Assembly (NCBI GenBank): GCA_025340205.1
Contig: CP006868.1
Span: 780,001 to 812,000 of the forward strand
From: Ignicoccus pacificus DSM 13166
GTDB lineage: Archaea; Thermoproteota; Thermoprotei_A; Sulfolobales; Ignicoccaceae
Direction: 5' to 3'
Length of the DNA stretch: 32,000 bases
The notes under the pieces were generated by a model. The model had not been told where the DNA came from, did not search any database, and was given only the letters and a program-made list of their open reading frames with translations. The translations under genes and the position numbers were made by a program. Position 1 is the first letter of the stretch. The number at the start of each line of letters is the position of its first letter. Positions 26,992 through 32,000 of the stretch are shown here, in pieces.

Positions 26992-27702
26992 TTACTCAAC
27001 TTTTTTCTTCACAGTCTTAACTCCAGCCCTTACTGCGATCTCCTTCACGCCATAATCCCTAAGGATAGAAGCCAATGTAGTGGCTATGGCTGAGATCTTG
27101 GGGGCGTATTCTGGTCCTATTATGACTATGGCTACCTTACCAACGTTCTCCTCTATTGCGCTTAAGACGGCATACTTTTCAATGCCTTCGGCCTCAAGAG
27201 CGGCTAGAACGGCCTGGGATATATCTTTCAAGTCACCTAAATCTCCCTCTACTCTTGGTAGCAGGTCAGTAGGATATCTCAACTTCATCGTGGTTTCTTC
27301 TACTATTTTGAGTATAGGAGGCTGCTCATAGGCCTTCATGGTTGTCTCGATGGTACTCTCTGGGACCTCTATCTTAGAGAGTTCTTCTAATTCACTTAGT
27401 AAGGAATCCTCGAAGGTGTAGACCTCTGCTATTATCCTTTCAACTTCTGAGGGGGGTTTGTATGTCTTGAGTTCATGCGTACTCGCCACTATCTTTCCAT
27501 TACATACTAACGATTCTATAGTTTCCCAGCTTCCGTCGGAAAGACCTATGTTCACTATTACGTGAGAACAGCCGCTGTATCCTCCTAGCTCTCTCATTAG
27601 ACCTTCCATATCGGTATAGGACATTTTGGGAAGCTGCTTTACTACCTGCTGTTTCTCCTCGACTAATAACTTTGCTTGCACCAATGGATTGCGAAGGTCC
27701 AT
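26992..27702 (-). CDS. Hypothetical protein upstream of sufCB, unknown function
   Basis: ~236-aa ORF, start inferred at MDLRNPLVQAKLL with GGAGAG upstream. No family recognised. Confidence 0.6.
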   Translation of the reverse strand: MDLRNPLVQAKLLVEEKQQVVKQLPKMSYTDMEGLMRELGGYSGCSHVIVNIGLSDGSWETIESLVCNGKIVASTHELKTYKPPSEVERIIAEVYTFEDSLLSELEELSKIEVPESTIETTMKAYEQPPILKIVEETTMKLRYPTDLLPRVEGDLGDLKDISQAVLAALEAEGIEKYAVLSAIEENVGKVAIVIIGPEYAPKISAIATTLASILRDYGVKEIAVRAGVKTVKKKVE

Positions 27703-27761
27703 TGAACCCCACTCTCCGAAGCTTCCTATCAATTCATCCTAATATACGACTTAATACGCTA

Positions 27762-28061
27762 TCACTCCTCCTTCACTTCCCAACTTACCATAAAGGCCTC
27801 TTCACATCTTTCCTTCACTATTCTCTTGGCCTTTTCAATGTTTTCCTCTCTGTCTATTATCAGAATAGCGATTGGTGAGTCACCGTGGCCATGAAACGGA
27901 TCAAAGGAGATGAATCCTCCATGCCTACCGAATCCTAATATTCCCTTGAATATACTAGCACCCGCTACGCCGCTTCTCTTAAGAGCTTCAAGTATCTCTT
28001 TAAACAGCGGTCTATCGTTATATATCATGCCTTCGTTAATTAGAACCAAGAGAGCTCTCAT
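27762..28061 (-). CDS. DUF190 family protein
   Basis: ALLVLINEGMIYNDRPLFKEILEALKRSGVAGASIFKGILGFGRHGG resembles DUF190 (RGxAGATVFRGxxGFG). Confidence 0.75.
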   Translation of the reverse strand: MRALLVLINEGMIYNDRPLFKEILEALKRSGVAGASIFKGILGFGRHGGFISFDPFHGHGDSPIAILIIDREENIEKAKRIVKERCEEAFMVSWEVKEE

Positions 28062-28120
28062 TTTTCGATCCCAAAATATATCCAACTATTTCCCAGAGAT
28101 TAATCTGAGGCATTAACTCG

Positions 28121-28900
28121 TTAGATGATGTTCTTGAAACTATTCATTATCTCATCCCTTGAAGGGCTGGTACTGATCAAGGCATAGACCATGACTCCCA
28201 GCAATTCATCATCCCTCATCTCAAGTCCTCGCTCTAAATCGTACTCTACACAGAAATTCTTAGCGATACAGATTATGGGTTTATTTACATACTTTAACAT
28301 AATACGTCTAACCCTCCTAGGATTAGAATCTATAAGTAACTCCTTAGGCATAAGAGCCCTTAACGAGGCCCTCCATAATATATGCGACGAAATGAAATCC
28401 AACAATTCAGGTAGGCTGGAAAGTACGAAAGTCAATGAACGAGATCTTGCCAATATAGTTAAGGATACCTTCCTCCTCAAATTATCGCTAATCAACCTCT
28501 CCAGTTTGAAGTCAAGTTTATGATTTATATAATGATAATGGAAGGCTTCCAACACCTTCAAATACATTACAGACCTAAATGTTTCTCTAGATACACTTCT
28601 ATACAATTCTTCAATCTTCTCCCTATCAATTACTATATGTCTCATATCGTAACCTACTACTGTTCTCTCAGCCCTACATTTCGCATCAGACCAAAACTCA
28701 CGAGACTTCTTAATCAACTTTTTGAGGCTCTCTTCAACATCCTCTCCGACGCTCTCCTTACCTACTGACGTTTCTAACTCACAGATCTCGAATGCTTCAC
28801 CTTCTCTAATTTTGGCATCCTTCGCTCTGAAGTACCAAATAGCATCATCAATAATATTATAGACCACATCTAGAGGATCCAAAATTCTTTCCCCACACAC
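28121..28900 (-). CDS. Hypothetical protein, no recognised family
   Basis: ~259-aa ORF from GTG at 28900. The track extension to 29014 runs into tRNA-Val and no ATG/GTG/TTG occurs between 28900 and the tRNA in frame. Confidence 0.5.
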   Translation of the reverse strand: MCGERILDPLDVVYNIIDDAIWYFRAKDAKIREGEAFEICELETSVGKESVGEDVEESLKKLIKKSREFWSDAKCRAERTVVGYDMRHIVIDREKIEELYRSVSRETFRSVMYLKVLEAFHYHYINHKLDFKLERLISDNLRRKVSLTILARSRSLTFVLSSLPELLDFISSHILWRASLRALMPKELLIDSNPRRVRRIMLKYVNKPIICIAKNFCVEYDLERGLEMRDDELLGVMVYALISTSPSRDEIMNSFKNII

Positions 28901-28977
28901 GCGCTTCGCTTCAAGGGCTTTACAGTATGATACCTTTAATGTTTTTAAACCTCTTACTCTCCCACCTCCATGGAGTT

Positions 28978-29051
28978 GGGCCCGTCGTCTAGCCCGGAAG
29001 GACGCCGCCCTCACACGGCGGTAGTCCGGGGTTCAAATCCCCGCGGGCCCA
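28978..29051 (+). tRNA. tRNA-Val (CAC), intronless
   Basis: GGGCCCG acceptor pairing CGGGCCC, CCGCC CTCACAC GGCGG anticodon arm, CGGGG TTCAAAT CCCCG T-arm, discriminator A followed by encoded CCA (29052-29054). Confidence 0.95.
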
Positions 29052-29155
29052 CCATCCACTCCTCATCACTCCTCATAGCCTCCAAGCGCGGTGAGTCTTA
29101 ACTTGCCAACAAGTGATTAACTAGCTCACTCTTCGGGAGACTTGGGTGAGGGGTA

Positions 29156-29323
29156 GTGAGGAAGATCTTAACTAAGGCTCTAACTATCGACTTAACTACC
29201 TTTGAATGGATTATGGTAATACTGAGCTTGATTGCTGTCTTAGGCTGGCTCTTCTTGGTATACAAGGTCTCGGTGACCTTAGATACTCTAAACAAGAGCT
29301 TGGCAGCTGCTCTAGGTGCATAA
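29156..29323 (+). CDS. 55-aa single-TM protein (not in ORF track)
   Basis: GTG start after GGTGAGGGG: V/MRKILTKALTIDLTTFEWIMVILSLIAVLGWLFLVYKVSVTLDTLNKSLAAALGA, followed by a T7 run. Confidence 0.55.
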   Translation: MRKILTKALTIDLTTFEWIMVILSLIAVLGWLFLVYKVSVTLDTLNKSLAAALGA

Positions 29324-29365
29324 CATCTTTTTTACTACTTCACAAGGGCGCGCCTCGGGCAAAAA

Positions 29366-30751
29366 GTGAAGCTCGTCGCCAAGTTCGGTGGCTCTGTCCT
29401 TAGAGATTCAGAAGGTTACAAACGCTCCGCAGAGGTGGTTAAAGATCTTATCGACAATAACAACGAGGTAGTAGTCGTAGTCTCTGCGATGAAAGGCGTA
29501 ACGGATTCATTACTTAACGTTGCCAATTCTATTCATAAGGGTTGGAGACCTTACGTGAAGGCATTAAAAGCAAGGCATCTGAGAGTGCTTGAAGAGCTAT
29601 CGGCTTCTCCTAAGTGGTATAAAGTCATAGATGCCTTATTCGATGAACTTTCAAGAGTCCTGTGGGCTCTGGAGATACTCAAGGAGAGCACGCCACGTAC
29701 AAGAGATTACATATTATCCTTTGGTGAAAGATTATCTGTGAATCTAATGGCAGCTGCGCTGGAAAAAGTAGGTCTTAGAGCAAGACCGATGAATCCTCTT
29801 GAAGCGGGAATTTATACTGACGATAACTTCTCTCAAGTCAGCCCACTCTACGACCTAATAGAGAAGGTAGCTAAAGAGAGAATAAGCAATGTTCTAGAAG
29901 AGGGAATAATTCCTGTGGTGACTGGCTTCTTAGGAACCACGACTGCTGGTATTTTCACTACATTAGGGAGAGGGGGAAGTGATTTAACAGCAACTATCTT
30001 GGGGGCGTCCCTTGGAGTGGATGAAGTAAGGCTTTACACAGACGTTGATGGCATAAAGACTGCCAACCCTAAGGAATTCCCAAACGCCATAACGATTCGT
30101 GAACTCAGTGTATACGAAGCTATTGAAATGGCAAGGCTTGGAGCCAAGAAACTACACCCAAGGACGTTTGAGCCCGTTCTAAGAAGGCCTGTTGACGTGA
30201 GAGTTCTTTCACTCTACGATCCACAAGGAAATAGTACGTTAATATCATATGGTAAAAAGGGTCCGAAACTGAAGTCAGTGGCAATGATAAATGAAATGAC
30301 AATAATCACAGTGAAAGGCGTTGGTATGGTTGGGATGAGAGGTACCGCAGCAAAGGTCATGGAGGCCGCGGCTAAAATCGGAGCCAACATTTACGCGATC
30401 TCACAACCTATATCGGAGACTTCAATTTCCATAGTAGTCAAGGAGGAGAAGGCTGAGGCGGCGGCTAAAGCCATCAAGGCATCCTTAGAGGGAAGTGGGA
30501 TAAACGTGGAGGTCGAACTACGGAAGAACATCTCTACTGTATCCGTCGTTGGTAAGGGCCTCGAAAATCCCTCATTTGTAGGTGATGTGCTCTCGATGCT
30601 CGAGGACATGCCAGTATTAATGATAGCCAAGGGTCCACTTGATCTCAGCCTAAGCGTAATCACGCCCACAAAGTATGCAAAGGAGGTCGCCTCAAGGTAT
30701 CACGAAGAGATATTGAGGGAGATGAAGGAATATTATGGGGAAGCCAAGTAA
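29366..30751 (+). CDS. lysC: Aspartate kinase with ACT domains
   Basis: VAKFGGSVLRDSEGYKRSAEVV, GRGGSDLTATILGASLGVDEVRLYTDVDGIKTANPK, and tandem ACT-like VKGVGMVGMRG...VSVVGKGL. Confidence 0.9.
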   Translation: MKLVAKFGGSVLRDSEGYKRSAEVVKDLIDNNNEVVVVVSAMKGVTDSLLNVANSIHKGWRPYVKALKARHLRVLEELSASPKWYKVIDALFDELSRVLWALEILKESTPRTRDYILSFGERLSVNLMAAALEKVGLRARPMNPLEAGIYTDDNFSQVSPLYDLIEKVAKERISNVLEEGIIPVVTGFLGTTTAGIFTTLGRGGSDLTATILGASLGVDEVRLYTDVDGIKTANPKEFPNAITIRELSVYEAIEMARLGAKKLHPRTFEPVLRRPVDVRVLSLYDPQGNSTLISYGKKGPKLKSVAMINEMTIITVKGVGMVGMRGTAAKVMEAAAKIGANIYAISQPISETSISIVVKEEKAEAAAKAIKASLEGSGINVEVELRKNISTVSVVGKGLENPSFVGDVLSMLEDMPVLMIAKGPLDLSLSVITPTKYAKEVASRYHEEILREMKEYYGEAK

Positions 30752-31761
30752 ATATTGTCCTTGTTTTCTCTTACCTTTACCACAACTCTCCTACCAACCT
30801 CCCCACGTACCTTAACGACTGTCATGACTACGTCCTTACGAGGTAGGGGTACTGCCAACCACTCTCCTTTGAGCAACCCCCTTCCTATTATCTCTACTTT
30901 TACTCTTTCTCCCTTCTTATAGATCTCCGGGATCTTAGGAGCTTGGTGCATGCCCCATTCTTCCATACTCCATTTCAATCGAACCCCTAGCTCCTTCTCC
31001 GTTTTCTCTATCCATTTCCAAAATTCCTCCCAGCTCATTTCCTTTACACCTTTAACTTTCCTTCCTCTTTTGTGTACAACATACTTCTGTACTGTGAACG
31101 GTGGCCATCTCTTGCCTACTCCTATCTCTTTGCCCCATAATATTACCTCCTTCACATCTTCTTCGTTTATTCCAGGTAACAACACTGGTGTTAGATGAAC
31201 ATCTACGTCAGTTTCTTTAACTAGTTTTTCGATAACCTCGATGACCTTCTTCACATCAAAGTCTTGTCTACCGGCTAAGTACTTCGCCTTTACTGGATCT
31301 AATGTGTCTATGCTTAGATTTATTCTATCTAGGCCGGCCTCCGCTAATTCAAACGCTATCTCCTCGTTCAGTCTAACTCCGTGTGTTTCCAATGCCACGC
31401 TTTTAACACCATCGATCTCCTTCATACTCTTTACGACATTAGTAATGTGGGGATGTTCTAGGGGATCCCCGACGCCATCGAGCAATATTTCCACGTCTCC
31501 ACCCTTGAACTTTACAACGTCCGCTACCCACCTCTTAAGCCATTCTAAGTCATCGACAATGTAATCAACCCATCTCTTTCTTGAACAAGGGCCGGCGTCC
31601 ACGCTACAGAAGATACAACAAAGAGCACAGATGCTGGTTACCCTAACCTGAAGTACGTTCGTTCCCCTATCTATTATACCGAACGCTGTAGTACCTATTA
31701 GAGGCCATGGTTCTCTGACGCTTAACGTTACTCTGGGATGCTCAAATGCTCTCGGCATCAT
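30733..31761 (-). CDS. Radical SAM protein with C-terminal TRAM-like domain
   Basis: RVTSICALCCIFCSVDAGP, LLDGVGDPLEHP, INLSIDTLDP, C-terminal GERVKVEIIGRGLLKGEWLAVPLP. Confidence 0.8.
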   Translation of the reverse strand: MMPRAFEHPRVTLSVREPWPLIGTTAFGIIDRGTNVLQVRVTSICALCCIFCSVDAGPCSRKRWVDYIVDDLEWLKRWVADVVKFKGGDVEILLDGVGDPLEHPHITNVVKSMKEIDGVKSVALETHGVRLNEEIAFELAEAGLDRINLSIDTLDPVKAKYLAGRQDFDVKKVIEVIEKLVKETDVDVHLTPVLLPGINEEDVKEVILWGKEIGVGKRWPPFTVQKYVVHKRGRKVKGVKEMSWEEFWKWIEKTEKELGVRLKWSMEEWGMHQAPKIPEIYKKGERVKVEIIGRGLLKGEWLAVPLPRKDVVMTVVKVRGEVGRRVVVKVRENKDNIYLASP

Positions 31762-31779
31762 TTATTCCCCTCCCATCTC

Positions 31780-32000
31780 ATGAAAGCTGGGAAATATTGG
31801 ATGAGGACGTCTATAGCGTTAGCCTTACTCGTCGGACTCGTGTTCGCTCAAACAAATCCCATAGTGACGATAATAAGGACGAACATCCAACAACAAGTAC
31901 TATATGCCCTAGCACAGAATTACTGTGGCGTAAAGGTTAGGTGGGAAAGTTTTTACTATACCGTAACGAACATGAAGAGCGCCCTAGATCAAGCGAAATC
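31780..32000 (+). CDS. N-terminus of a probable secreted/lipid-anchored protein, truncated by window edge
   Basis: MKAGKYWMRTSIALALLVGLVFAQTNPIVTIIRTNIQQQVLYALAQNYCGVKVRWESFYYTVTNMKSALDQAK... has a signal-peptide-like start and is open to the window end. An alternative start is ATG 31801. Confidence 0.55.
   Translation, partial: MKAGKYWMRTSIALALLVGLVFAQTNPIVTIIRTNIQQQVLYALAQNYCGVKVRWESFYYTVTNMKSALDQAK

Noticed and set aside
28901-29014. N-terminal extension of the minus-strand 297-aa ORF into tRNA-Val.
   Set aside because: It translates the antisense of the tRNA, is Arg-rich and unlike the rest. The true start must be at or after 28900.
29206-29403. 65-aa plus-strand ORF MDYGNTELDCCLRL...
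   Set aside because: It is out of frame with the better-supported TM ORF and with the aspartate kinase start, with no family resemblance.
1-32000. CRISPR arrays, toxin-antitoxin loci, transposases, integrases and defence islands.
   Set aside because: I looked for regular direct repeats, transposase/integrase motifs and phage-like genes and saw none. The PIN domain here is part of a large ATPase and not a VapC toxin.

Overview
This 32 kb window is a gene-dense, mostly housekeeping segment of a hyperthermophilic crenarchaeal-type genome. The assignment to a lineage is inferred from protein content. Recognisable genes include CBS-domain proteins, a PhoH-like KH ATPase, an archaeal kinase-like protein, a DUF89 protein, rpS8e, SRP19, Gar1, TFB, GlyRS, an amidohydrolase, rpS10, family B DNA polymerase, archaeal DnaG, adenosylhomocysteinase, a PfkB kinase and an MtnA-type isomerase. 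Also present are an AmrS-type radical SAM protein, UspA, a MinD-like ATPase, a PIN/secretion-type ATPase, SufB and SufC, DUF190, aspartate kinase and a radical SAM/TRAM protein. There are two tRNAs: Val-CAC, and Arg-UCU with a ~16 nt intron. I found no CRISPR array, transposon or classical defence island. The most interesting signals are mostly absent from the supplied ORF track: (1) a 56-aa Cren7-like ORF carrying a putative CxxC...CxxxH metal site; (2) a 69-nt near-perfect hairpin (25 bp) between dnaG and that gene; (3) a RadA-like protein next to polB whose Walker A motif appears destroyed (GDPDSHVH); (4) a co-oriented PIN-ATPase / MinD-like / 41-aa membrane protein / UspA / AmrS / 50-aa membrane protein cluster; (5) a three-hairpin segment upstream of sufCB; (6) a candidate C/D box sRNA after rps10; (7) a KptA/Tpt1-like gene start cut by the left window edge; (8) several orphan genes.
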